A stretch of 39,404 nt of DNA. Source: Thiobacillaceae bacterium (lineage in GTDB: Bacteria; Pseudomonadota; Gammaproteobacteria; Burkholderiales; Thiobacillaceae). This document shows, piece after piece, positions 30,615 through 39,404 of the stretch (its first letter is position 1; every line of letters starts with the position of its first letter). The stretch is taken from the NCBI GenBank assembly GCA_036734185.1, contig DAIMZB010000001.1:29000-68403 (forward strand). Direction: 5' to 3'. The position numbers were made by a program, and so were the translations under genes. The notes under the pieces were generated by a model. That model made no database searches. It saw only the letters and a program-made list of their open reading frames with translations, and was not told where the DNA came from.

Positions 30615-30792
30615 GGTGTGAGCCTTGTACGGTCGAAAAAGCGGTTCGCCGGGGGTCCGCTTTCAATTTTCATGGATTTTCGGGTAGGATAGCGGCAACA
30701 TCCTGGTTTTGCCAAATTGAACCATAACCTTTCCCATTCCCAGTTGCCGCAATGACTCGGCATGTCTATGTTTCCGTCAGGAGTTCTCCACA

Positions 30793-31119
30793 ATGAGCGA
30801 ACACATTAATTACATCTCCGATGCTTCTTTTGAGCAGGAGGTTCTGCAATCCCAGCTGCCGGTGCTGGTGGATTACTGGGCCGAGTGGTGCGGCCCGTGC
30901 AAGATGATTTCTCCGGTGCTGGACGAAGTCGCCAAGGAATACGCCGGCAAGCTCGAGGTCTGCAAGCTCAACATCGACGAAAACCAGTCCACCCCGCCGA
31001 AGTATGGCATTCGCGGCATCCCCACCCTGATGATCTTCAAGAACGGCAACGTCGAGGCCACCAAGGTCGGTGCCCTCTCCAAGTCCCAGCTCACCGCGTT
31101 TGTTGACAGCAACATCTAA
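30793..31119 (+). CDS. trxA: Thioredoxin 1
   Basis: AGGAG RBS, WCGPC active site, GIPTL. Directly upstream of rho. Confidence 0.97.
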   Translation: MSEHINYISDASFEQEVLQSQLPVLVDYWAEWCGPCKMISPVLDEVAKEYAGKLEVCKLNIDENQSTPPKYGIRGIPTLMIFKNGNVEATKVGALSKSQLTAFVDSNI

Positions 31120-31222
31120 CCCAACTAGGCTTAACCAACACAAGACGTATCTCGCCGCCCGCGTTCGCGGGCGGGCTCTTAAACCACAGTCTTTCTTCTT
31201 CGGCTCCCCGCCGCCATAACCC

Positions 31223-32485
31223 ATGCATCTGTCCGAACTCAAGCAATACCATGTCACCCAACTGGTGGAAATGGCCACTGCCAATGGCATCGACAACGCC
31301 AACCGCATGCGGCGGCAGGAGCTGTTGTTCGCCATCCTGAAAAACCATGCCAAGAAAGGCGAAAGCATTTACGGCAACGGGGTACTGGAAGTGCTGCCCG
31401 ACGGCTTCGGCTTCCTGCGCTCGCCGGATACCTCGTATCTGGCCAGCCCCGATGACATTTATGTCTCGCCTTCGCAGATCCGGCGCTTCAACCTGCACAC
31501 CGGCGATACCATCGACGGCGAGATTCGCACCCCGAAAGACGGTGAGCGTTATTTCGCCATCACCAAGCTCGACACGGTCAACCGCGAAGCGCCCGAATCG
31601 ACCAAGAACAAGATCCTGTTTGAGAACCTGACGCCGCTGCATCCGGACAAGCCGCTGAAACTTGAGCGCGACATCCGCGCCGAGGAAAACGTCACCAGCC
31701 GGGTCATCGACATCATCGCCCCCATCGGAAAAGGCCAGCGCGGCCTGCTGGTGGCGAGCCCGAAATCCGGAAAGTCCGTGATGCTGCAGCACATTGCCCA
31801 TGCCATCACTTCCAACCATCCGGAAGTCGAGCTGCTCGTCCTGCTGATCGACGAGCGCCCGGAAGAAGTGACGGAAATGAGCCGTACGGTACGTGGGGAA
31901 GTCGTCGCCTCTACCTTTGACGAACCTGCCAGCCGCCATGTTCAGGTTGCGGAAATGGTGATCGAAAAAGCCAAGCGCCTGGTCGAGCACAAGAAGGACG
32001 TGGTCATCCTGCTCGACTCCATCACCCGCCTCGCGCGTGCCTACAACACCGTGCAGCCGGCTTCCGGCAAGGTGCTCACCGGCGGCGTCGATGCCAACGC
32101 CCTGCAGAAGCCGAAACGTTTCTTCGGTGCCGCGCGCAACATCGAGGAAGGCGGCTCGCTCACCATCATCGCCACCGCCCTGATCGACACTGGCAGCCGC
32201 ATGGACGACGTGATCTACGAAGAATTCAAGGGCACCGGCAACATGGAAATCCATCTTGACCGGCGCATGGCGGAAAAGCGCGTCTATCCCGCCATCAACG
32301 TCAATCGTTCCGGCACTCGCCGCGAGGAACTGCTGTTGCCGCAGGACATCCTGCAGAAAGTGTGGATCCTCAGGAAGCTCCTGTACAACATGGACGATCT
32401 CGAGGCGATGGAATTCCTGCTCGACAAGATGCGGGCAACGAAGAACAACGCCGAGTTTTTTGATTCCATGCGAAGCGGCAAGTAA
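31223..32485 (+). CDS. rho: Transcription termination factor Rho
   Basis: [64 protein letters not shown]. Confidence 0.98.
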   Translation: MHLSELKQYHVTQLVEMATANGIDNANRMRRQELLFAILKNHAKKGESIYGNGVLEVLPDGFGFLRSPDTSYLASPDDIYVSPSQIRRFNLHTGDTIDGEIRTPKDGERYFAITKLDTVNREAPESTKNKILFENLTPLHPDKPLKLERDIRAEENVTSRVIDIIAPIGKGQRGLLVASPKSGKSVMLQHIAHAITSNHPEVELLVLLIDERPEEVTEMSRTVRGEVVASTFDEPASRHVQVAEMVIEKAKRLVEHKKDVVILLDSITRLARAYNTVQPASGKVLTGGVDANALQKPKRFFGAARNIEEGGSLTIIATALIDTGSRMDDVIYEEFKGTGNMEIHLDRRMAEKRVYPAINVNRSGTRREELLLPQDILQKVWILRKLLYNMDDLEAMEFLLDKMRATKNNAEFFDSMRSGK

Positions 32486-32503
32486 TTGCTGCCGCCAGGC
32501 AAC

Positions 32504-32532
32504 GAAGGGGCTGCTTGAGCCGCCCCTTTTTG
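32504..32532. terminator. Probable intrinsic terminator after rho
   Basis: AAGGGGC...GCCCCTT imperfect stem followed by a T-run, between convergent genes. Confidence 0.6.
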
Positions 32533-32534
32533 CT

Positions 32535-32972
32535 TCAGTCGCCCAGATTCTCGACCAGGTCCATGACGACGCGGGGGCGCACGTTCATGATGGCGACGTC
32601 TGCCCCGACCATGACGCGCACATAATCGCCGGGCAGGGGGCTCAGGCGTCTTTCAAGGTTTTCCGGCAGGTAGCGCCACGGGAGCGCGGCCGGCACGGGC
32701 TGATTGCGGACAAGCTTCATGGCGTGGCCTGGCGGAATCTTGCCCTGCTTGGCGAGGCCGGGCGGCAGGCTGCGGTAGTTGACGCGGTAATAGTCGCGAA
32801 TCAACACACGATCCTGGTCGCTGAATGCCACGCGCACGTCAAAATCCCGTCCCTGGACGCGCACGTCGCCATAGGTTGGCTGCACCGCGCAGCCGCTCAT
32901 GCTGGCAACTCCCGCCAGCGCCATCATCACGAACAGCGTTCTTTTCATTTTTTGGGGTTTCTGTTTGTTCAT
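32535..32972 (-). CDS. Putative lipoprotein with PPGLAK motif (RcnB-like C-terminus)
   Basis: Lipobox-like MSGC, LPPGLAKQGKIPPGHA, LSPLPGDYVRVMVG. Start 32972 (ATGA overlap) or 32948. Confidence 0.7.
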   Translation of the reverse strand: MNKQKPQKMKRTLFVMMALAGVASMSGCAVQPTYGDVRVQGRDFDVRVAFSDQDRVLIRDYYRVNYRSLPPGLAKQGKIPPGHAMKLVRNQPVPAALPWRYLPENLERRLSPLPGDYVRVMVGADVAIMNVRPRVVMDLVENLGD

Positions 32973-33523
32973 TTTTTCAGCTTGGTGAATTTCGAGCCCT
33001 CCAGGGTCAGGTTGTACATCAGGCCCTTCTGGTCGAAGATGAAGGCAACAATCGGGTCCTTGATGGTCTGGGTGGAAAGTTCGCGCCCGGCACCGATGTC
33101 GACCAGCGCGATCGAACCGTCCACGCCGGCTTTCCAGCCTTCGCTGTCGCGGAATTTCTTCAGCGCATCATCCTGCATGAACAGGATGATGATGGACTTG
33201 ACCTGCCCGCCGAGCTGAAAGCCGAACGAGGCGGCGGCGGTGCTGTAGTAATCCACAGTCTTGCCGTCGATCCTGAGCGCGCCTTCGCCGTATTCGCCGC
33301 CGATGCCGAACCCGGCCTTGTAAACCTTGGGTAAAACCAGCGCCCCCTTGGCGGCCTTGAGGAAAGCCTCGGCTCCGCCGACCTCCTTGGTAAAGCGGGA
33401 CAGGGTATGATCCACTTCCGCATCGATTTCTGCCGAACTGGCAGCCTTGGCGGGCGCGATAATCAGGGCGAGCAGCATGAATGCCAGGCCCGGCAGGCGG
33501 AAAAGGGGAAATAGCCGTTCCAT
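32969..33523 (-). CDS. Exported YSC84/SYLF-domain (lipid-binding-type) protein
   Basis: GGAGG RBS, signal peptide, AKGALVLPKVYKAGFGIGGEYGEG, SFGFQLGG, KGLMYNLTLEGSKF. Confidence 0.82.
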   Translation of the reverse strand: MERLFPLFRLPGLAFMLLALIIAPAKAASSAEIDAEVDHTLSRFTKEVGGAEAFLKAAKGALVLPKVYKAGFGIGGEYGEGALRIDGKTVDYYSTAAASFGFQLGGQVKSIIILFMQDDALKKFRDSEGWKAGVDGSIALVDIGAGRELSTQTIKDPIVAFIFDQKGLMYNLTLEGSKFTKLKK

Positions 33524-33601
33524 GATGACCTCCAGTTGGGATGAAACCCTATAAGCCCAGTGTAGGACAGGAGCCGCCAGCCGGTAAGGCTATTCCATGG
33601 C

Positions 33602-33630
33602 TTGCGTAAAGGGTTGATTTGCTTTATATT
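33602..33630 (+). promoter_or_regulatory. Putative sigma70 promoter of rpmE
   Basis: TTGCGT (33602-33607), 17 nt spacer, TATATT (33625-33630). Confidence 0.6.
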
Positions 33631-33681
33631 GTGCGGCTCTTTCGCGTACTCGCCGCGAAGACTAAGACTAAAGGACCTCCC

Positions 33682-33888
33682 ATGAAAGCTGATACCCATC
33701 CCGAATACGCCGAAATCGACGTGACCTGCTCCTGCGGCAGCACGTTCAAAACCGGTTCCACCCTGGGCAAGCCCCTGCACGTGGAAGTGTGCTCCGAATG
33801 CCATCCCTTCTATACCGGCAAGCAGAAGATCGTCGACACTGCCGGCCGCGTGGAAAAATTCCGTCAGCGTTACGGCGCAAAAAAATAA
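33682..33888 (+). CDS. rpmE: 50S ribosomal protein L31, Zn-binding type
   Basis: [20 protein letters not shown] and CSEC Zn ligands, [15 protein letters not shown]. Confidence 0.97.
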   Translation: MKADTHPEYAEIDVTCSCGSTFKTGSTLGKPLHVEVCSECHPFYTGKQKIVDTAGRVEKFRQRYGAKK

Positions 33889-33916
33889 TCCGGCATGTTG
33901 GAAGAGCAGAAACAAT

Positions 33917-33944
33917 AAAGGCAGCCTAGGCTGCCTTTTTGTTT
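33917..33944 (+). terminator. Intrinsic terminator after rpmE
   Basis: Perfect inverted repeat AAAGGCAGCCTAGGCTGCCTTT followed by TTGTTT. Confidence 0.8.
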
Positions 33945-34031
33945 GGCGCGGTTCGCTGCCGCTCCACCTTTGTTTATTTGCGGGTTGCGCGAGTATCATC
34001 ACATCCTGCTTTTGCGTTGCCGAGGTACGCC

Positions 34032-35483
34032 ATGAGTTCCCCCGTAACCCGTCGAGTCGCCGCAGCCGTGGTTGGCGTCTTGCTGCTGGCGCATTGCGCC
34101 CAGAACCCGGTTTCCGGTGGGCGGGATTTCGTGCTGATGTCGGAGCAGCAGGAAATCCAGCAAGGCGCGAAGGCGCACAAGGAGGTTTTGCAGGAATACG
34201 GACTGGTCGACGATCCCGAACTGCAGGCGTATGTAACCCGTGTGGGAAAAAGCCTGGCAGCAAAAAGCCACCGCGCCAACCTGAACTGGCATTTCACCGT
34301 CGTGGACAGCCCCCAGGTGAACGCCTTTGCCCTGCCGGGCGGCTATGTCTACATTACCCGCGGCATCCTGGCCTATCTGAACAGCGAGGCGCAACTGGCG
34401 GGTGTGGTTGGCCACGAAATCGGCCATGTGACGGCGCGTCATGGCGTGCGCCAGCAAAGCACTGCCACGGTGGTCGGCCTTGGCGCGATCCTTGGCTCGG
34501 TCCTGGTGCCGGGCCTCAATACCCAGGCGGGCTCTTCATTGCTGCAGGCCCTGGGCCAGTCGCTGGTGGCGGGCTATGGCCGCGAGCACGAGCTGGAGGC
34601 GGACCGGCTGGGTGCCGAGTACCTTGCCCGGGTCGGCTATGATCCGCAGGCCATGGTGGAGGTCATCGGCGTGCTCAAAAATCAGGAGCTGTATGACATC
34701 CAGCTTGCCAAGGAAGAAGGGCGCGAGCCGCGGCGCTACCATGGCGTGTTTGAAACCCATCCGAGCAATGACTCGCGGCTCAAGCAGGTGGTGGGCGAGG
34801 CCGGTAAATACCAGGTCGCGAATCCGGTCGAAAACCGGGACGCCTACCTGAATGCGGTCAACGGCATCTATTTTGGCGACAGCCCAGACCAGGGGGTCAT
34901 CCGAAACAATGCGCTGCTGCACGAAAAGCTCGGCATTGCCGTACAGTTCCCGCAAGGCTGGCGGGTGCAAAACCAGCCGGACCGGGTTGCTGCGGTCAAT
35001 CCGCGGGGCACGGCCCTGATGGAATTGAGGCCGGCTTCCAAGAACGCACCGCCCATGGACGCGCTGCGCAAGGCGCTCAAGCTCGACCAGGGCGCGCGTT
35101 TTGAATCCGGCAACGTCAATGGCAACCCCGCGGCATTTGCGGCCGGATCCCTGCAGGGCAAGCCGGTGCTGGCCGCTGCAATCAGCCACAATGGCAACCA
35201 GTACCTGTTGGCGGCACTGGCAAAGGATGCGGGCGCCTACAATGAAAATCGCAACGAGATGAAGGCGGCCATCAACAGTTTTCATTCACTGACCGCGGAG
35301 GAGCGCTTGCGTGCCAAGCCGAATGTCATTCGCGTGACCAAGGCGCAGCCGGGCGTGGGCATGGCGCAACTCGCGACGCAGTCCCCTCTTGGCAAAACTG
35401 CAGAAGCGCAGCTCCGGCTCATGAATGGCTTTTATCCTTCGGGCGAACCGCGGCCCGGCCAGTTGATCAAGACCGTCCAGTGA
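34032..35483 (+). CDS. M48-family zinc metalloprotease, probable lipoprotein, with C-terminal extension
   Basis: GAGG RBS and ATG 34032. LLLAHC lipobox-like sequence, NAFALPGG, HEIGH, ELEADRLG, THP. LysM-like end (LRLMNG...GQLIK). Confidence 0.88.
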   Translation: MSSPVTRRVAAAVVGVLLLAHCAQNPVSGGRDFVLMSEQQEIQQGAKAHKEVLQEYGLVDDPELQAYVTRVGKSLAAKSHRANLNWHFTVVDSPQVNAFALPGGYVYITRGILAYLNSEAQLAGVVGHEIGHVTARHGVRQQSTATVVGLGAILGSVLVPGLNTQAGSSLLQALGQSLVAGYGREHELEADRLGAEYLARVGYDPQAMVEVIGVLKNQELYDIQLAKEEGREPRRYHGVFETHPSNDSRLKQVVGEAGKYQVANPVENRDAYLNAVNGIYFGDSPDQGVIRNNALLHEKLGIAVQFPQGWRVQNQPDRVAAVNPRGTALMELRPASKNAPPMDALRKALKLDQGARFESGNVNGNPAAFAAGSLQGKPVLAAAISHNGNQYLLAALAKDAGAYNENRNEMKAAINSFHSLTAEERLRAKPNVIRVTKAQPGVGMAQLATQSPLGKTAEAQLRLMNGFYPSGEPRPGQLIKTVQ

Positions 35484-37090
35484 ATCGAATTCCCGCACAT
35501 TACTGGTTCGCGGGGCTTTGTCTGGCCTGGCTGTTGCCTGGCCTGGTCGGACACGCACCCTGGAAAGGCCCGGATGCCGAGACCTTCGTCCGGCTGCTTG
35601 CCGCACGGCAAGAGGGCGACTGGCTATTTCCTTTCAGCGGTGGCGGCAAGGCGCATGTCATGTCGCAGCTTTATTTGTGGCTTGCGCAAGGCCTGGGCGC
35701 GCTGCTTGCCGGTGTCCTTCCCTTGCATGATGCAGCCCGGCTGGCCAGCGGCATTTTCGTTGCATTTTCTTTTTGGTTGACCGCACTGACTGCGCGGACC
35801 CTGTATGGAACGGGCGCTGTCTGGCCGGCGGTTTTGGCCTTGATCGGCTGCATGGGCTTGCTGGTGCCGGCACACGAAATCAACCCCTACACCGCACAGC
35901 TGGCGGCGTTGTCCCTGTTTGCCTACGGGCTTGCGCGCATGCTGAAACAGCCTTTGCGCGGCGGCGGCCTTGCCGGCCTGGGCCTGGTTGCGCTGTTCCT
36001 GTCGGGCGCCTGGCTGGCGGCCCTGGCATTTGCAACAGTGCTGCTGGTATTGCCCCTGGCGCTGCCAAGCTGGCGCACATCGGCCCGTGTGGGCGGCTCC
36101 TGGTTTGCGCTTACCGGCGCATTTGCCCTGTGCGGCGTGTGGATGTTGTCCGTGCAGGCGCACTATCCGGGAAGGCTGGCGGACTGGTGGGTGCATGCCG
36201 CGCTGGAACAGACCGTTTTTGGGATGACGGAGAAAACCCGTTACAACCCGCTTTATTTTCTCAATGCGCTGTCCTGGTTTGCCTGGCCGGCCTGGCTGCT
36301 CGCGGGCTGGGCGGTCTATCGCCTGAGGCGCCAAGGATGGAACTCGGTCAAGCTGTGGCTGCCGCTCGGGGTCTTTGCCGTGGCGCTCACGGCGCTGAGC
36401 TTGCAGACCGATCCCGAGCAGATTCAAGCCATCATCCTGCTGCCGACCCTGGCGCTGCTGGCAGGCGCGGGGCTCGGCGAGTTGAAGCGGGGCGCCGCCA
36501 ATGCGCTGCTGTGGTTCTCGCTCATGATATTCAGCTTTTTCGCCCTGGTGTTCTGGATCTACTGGGCCGCGTTCGATCTCGGCTGGCCCTTGCAATTGGC
36601 CAGGCGGCTCGCAAGACTCGGCCTGGAAAGCCAGGGCCTCAGGCCCCTCGCGCTCGGACTGGGCCTGCTGATCACGCTGGCGTGGGTGGGCTGGCTGGTG
36701 TGGCTGAGGGGCAGGCCGCGTTTCCCGCAGCGGCCAATGCTGGTGTGGAGCGTCGGTGTAACCTTCGTCTGGACCCTGCTGATGGCCCTGTTCATGCGCC
36801 CCCTGGACGGCCGCCTGAGTTATGCGCAAGTGGGCCAGGAAATAAAAACCAAGGCGGCGGGAGCGAACTGCATCGCCACGCAAAACATAGATGTGCTGCA
36901 TGTTCAGCTGTTGGCCTACCACAGCGGCCTCCAGTTGAGGACAGACGATGTCTCGGCCTGCGGCTGGCTGCTGCTGGGCCAGAAAAACCGCAAATCCTTG
37001 TTCCTCGACGCGAGCTGGAAAAAACGCTGGGAAGGCGGGCTGCCGGGAGAGAAGGATACGCGCCTCCGCCTTTATCGGCGTGAGGGCTGA
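35480..37090 (+). CDS. ArnT/PMT-like (GT-C) polytopic membrane glycosyltransferase
   Basis: GTG start overlapping the upstream stop. Many TM segments. PGLVGHAPWK, HDAARLAS, WFAWPAW, SY motif before a periplasmic tail. Confidence 0.72.
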   Translation: MNRIPAHYWFAGLCLAWLLPGLVGHAPWKGPDAETFVRLLAARQEGDWLFPFSGGGKAHVMSQLYLWLAQGLGALLAGVLPLHDAARLASGIFVAFSFWLTALTARTLYGTGAVWPAVLALIGCMGLLVPAHEINPYTAQLAALSLFAYGLARMLKQPLRGGGLAGLGLVALFLSGAWLAALAFATVLLVLPLALPSWRTSARVGGSWFALTGAFALCGVWMLSVQAHYPGRLADWWVHAALEQTVFGMTEKTRYNPLYFLNALSWFAWPAWLLAGWAVYRLRRQGWNSVKLWLPLGVFAVALTALSLQTDPEQIQAIILLPTLALLAGAGLGELKRGAANALLWFSLMIFSFFALVFWIYWAAFDLGWPLQLARRLARLGLESQGLRPLALGLGLLITLAWVGWLVWLRGRPRFPQRPMLVWSVGVTFVWTLLMALFMRPLDGRLSYAQVGQEIKTKAAGANCIATQNIDVLHVQLLAYHSGLQLRTDDVSACGWLLLGQKNRKSLFLDASWKKRWEGGLPGEKDTRLRLYRREG

Positions 37091-37093
37091 TCC

Positions 37094-37657
37094 GTGGCCG
37101 GCGATCACCCGCCGCTAACCGGGCTCATTCTTGCCGGCGGACAGGGCAGCCGCATGGGCGGGCGCGACAAGGGCCTCGTGCCTTATCGTGGAAGGCTGCT
37201 GGTCGATCATGTGATCGGGCGCGTTGCCTCGCAGGTCGACGAACTGCTGATTTCCGCCAACCGCAACATCGATGATTACGCCCGACGCGGTCACAAGGTA
37301 CTGGCCGATACCCTGCCGGGTTTCCAGGGCCCGCTTGCCGGGGTGCTGGCCGGCTTGCAGGCGGCCAGCAACGAATGGGTGCTGACAGTGCCTTGCGACA
37401 TGCCGCATTTGCCGGAGGATCTTGTTCGGCGTCTGCTTGAAGCGCGCCAGGAACTTGCGATTGTCATTGCTGAGGATGGGGCGCGCACGCATCCTGCGGT
37501 CATGCTCATCCACACTTCGCTCGCCCAACGGCTTGCCGCCTATCTCGCCAGCGGCAAGCGTTCCGTGCACGGGTTCCAGGAGGCAGTGGGTTTTGCCACG
37601 GCCAGGTTCGACCCGGCAGGGATGGGGAACATCAACAGCCCGCCGGAATCCGCCTGA
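37094..37657 (+). CDS. mobA: Molybdenum cofactor guanylyltransferase
   Basis: ILAGGQGSRMGGRDKGL, ISANRN, GPLAG, PCDMP, NIN. Confidence 0.92.
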   Translation: MAGDHPPLTGLILAGGQGSRMGGRDKGLVPYRGRLLVDHVIGRVASQVDELLISANRNIDDYARRGHKVLADTLPGFQGPLAGVLAGLQAASNEWVLTVPCDMPHLPEDLVRRLLEARQELAIVIAEDGARTHPAVMLIHTSLAQRLAAYLASGKRSVHGFQEAVGFATARFDPAGMGNINSPPESA

Positions 37658-39404
37658 TCAGTTTTCCGCGGGGTCGACGTCAAGATGCCAGCGCACATTG
37701 CGCGCTGCCTGGGCATGGAGCCTTGGCATCCATTCGCGCAACAGTTGCTGCAAGTCCGCGCGCGAAGCGGATTGCAGCCACAGCTGGGCGCGCTCCAGCC
37801 CGGCTTTTTTCAGCATCGGCGCGCTTACCGGCTCGAAAATGTCCACCCCGTCCACTGTCGGGGCGAGCGCTCGCGCTGCCAGCAGCCAGTCTTGCGCGTC
37901 TTTCAGCCGGGCAGATTCGGCACGCAAGACGGCCTGACGCGAGAACGGCGGCAGCTCGCCTTTGCGACGGATGTCCAGCTGCTCGTTCGCAAAGGAAGCG
38001 AAATCATGCGCAAGCAGGTGTGCGAACAGCGGATGCTGGGGAAACCCGGTCTGGACCAGAACCCGGCCCGGCCTGTCCGCGCGCCCGGCACGCCCGGCCA
38101 CCTGCATCAGCTGCGCGAACAGTTTCTCTTCCGCGCGGAAATCCAGGCTGAACAGCGCACCGTCGGCATCCAGCACCACCACCAGCGTGAGGTTGGGAAA
38201 ATCGTGGCCCTTGGAAATCAGCTGGGTGCCGATGATCAGGTTGGCTTCGCCCGCATGGATCCGTGCCTGCATGTCTTCCCAGCTGCCCTTGCGTCGGGTG
38301 GCGTCGCGATCGGCGCGAACGACGTTCGCAGCGGGGAAATGCCGTGCCAGCACATCTTCCACACGTTGCGTGCCTTGGCCCAGGGCGCGCAGGTCCGGGT
38401 TGCCGCAGGCAGGGCATTGAGACGGAATGCTTTCTTCGTGCCCGCAATGATGGCAGCGCAGGCGCCGCTCACGCAGGTGCAGGGTCAGCCGGGCTGAGCA
38501 GCGCGGACAGGGCGCCACCCAGGCGCAGGCGCCGCAATGCAGCACCGGCGCATAGCCGCGCCGGTTGATGAAAACCAGCGCCTGTTCGCCGCGCGCCAGG
38601 GTTTCGCCGATCGTCTTCAATGCCGGCCGGCTCAAGCCCTCTTCCGGTTTTTCGATGCGCGTGTCGACGAGCGTGAGCGCGGGAAGGCTTGCGCCGGTGG
38701 CGCGTGCGGGCAGGCTGAGTAGTGTATAGCGCCCGCTGTCGGCATTGTGCCAGCTCTCCAGGCTGGGCGTGGCCGAGCCGAGCACCACCGGGACATTGCG
38801 CTGATGCGCGCGAAACACCGCAAGGTCGCGCGCCGAATAGCGCAGGCCTTCCTGCTGGGAGAACGAAGCGTCGTGTTCCTCGTCCGCGATGATCAGGCCC
38901 AACTCCGGCAGGGGCGTGAATATCGCCAGGCGCGTGCCCAGCACGATGCGCGCTTTGCCCTGCATGGCGTGTTGCCAGCGTTGCAGGCGCTCGCCTTCGG
39001 ACAGGCCGCTATGCAGCACGCTGATCGGGGTGTCCGGAAAGCGTGCAGCGACGCGCTGCGTGAACTGCGGAGTCAGGCCGATTTCCGGCACCAGGATCAG
39101 CGCTTGACGGCCCTTGGCCAGCACCTCGTCGACGATGTGTAGGTAGACCTCGGTTTTCCCGCTGCCGGTGATGCCGTGCAACAGGAAGGGGGCGAATTCG
39201 TCCAGGTGGGCGGCGACACGTTCGCAGGCGGACTGCTGTTCTGGCAGGAGTTGCGGCAGTGCGGGCCTGGCTGCGTCCGTTTCCGCGCGCGCGGTTTCCA
39301 GCCAGCCTTTTTCCAGCCAGCCGCGCAGCACCGATGCGGCATTGCCGCAGAGAGAGGCCATTTCAGCCGCATCGGCGATGGCGCCGAACGCCGCGATATT
39401 GATC
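37658..39404 (-). CDS. priA: Primosomal protein N' (5' part lies beyond the window)
   Basis: GITGSGKTEVY, DEEH, GSATPS, four CxxC pairs, KGHDFP, QVAGRAGR, DVDP. The frame stays open to the window edge. Confidence 0.96.
   Translation of the reverse strand, partial: INIAAFGAIADAAEMASLCGNAASVLRGWLEKGWLETARAETDAARPALPQLLPEQQSACERVAAHLDEFAPFLLHGITGSGKTEVYLHIVDEVLAKGRQALILVPEIGLTPQFTQRVAARFPDTPISVLHSGLSEGERLQRWQHAMQGKARIVLGTRLAIFTPLPELGLIIADEEHDASFSQQEGLRYSARDLAVFRAHQRNVPVVLGSATPSLESWHNADSGRYTLLSLPARATGASLPALTLVDTRIEKPEEGLSRPALKTIGETLARGEQALVFINRRGYAPVLHCGACAWVAPCPRCSARLTLHLRERRLRCHHCGHEESIPSQCPACGNPDLRALGQGTQRVEDVLARHFPAANVVRADRDATRRKGSWEDMQARIHAGEANLIIGTQLISKGHDFPNLTLVVVLDADGALFSLDFRAEEKLFAQLMQVAGRAGRADRPGRVLVQTGFPQHPLFAHLLAHDFASFANEQLDIRRKGELPPFSRQAVLRAESARLKDAQDWLLAARALAPTVDGVDIFEPVSAPMLKKAGLERAQLWLQSASRADLQQLLREWMPRLHAQAARNVRWHLDVDPAEN

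Noticed and set aside
30717..30738. Possible sigma32 promoter before trxA (TTGAAC...CCCATT)
   Set aside because: Spacer is about 9-10 nt, too short for the 13-14 nt consensus.

Overview
GC-rich bacterial chromosome window, most consistent with a betaproteobacterium (possibly a Thiobacillus/Nitrosomonadales-like organism; inferred from gene order and protein style only). It is densely coding and almost entirely core genome. In order: atypical receiver-domain gene / ompA-like / trhO; topA-smg-dprA-small membrane protein-tsaP(LysM) on the minus strand, divergent from def-fmt-htpX-rsmB-DUF4390-ntrY-ntrX-trkA-trkH-TPR-yggX; then a long minus-strand run fdxA-addB-addA-DUF938-hypothetical-argJ-DUF815 ATPase-Nudix/ThiE-like fusion-hypothetical-phoU; then trxA-rho, two envelope genes, rpmE, an M48 peptidase, an ArnT-like glycosyltransferase, mobA and the 3' part of priA. 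I see no rRNA, tRNA, CRISPR array, mobile element or defence island, and I cannot support a claim of a wholly new system. The best second-look items are modest: a ferredoxin translationally coupled to an Fe-S-type AddAB, a pseudo-receiver gene facing a barrel-less Cys-containing OmpA-like protein, a Pho-box promoter on a solitary phoU, a sigma32-like promoter inside the def-fmt-htpX operon, a two-Cys insertion in TsaP, and structured leaders before fdxA, rho and rpmE. Family assignments come from recognising motifs by eye, not from database searches.
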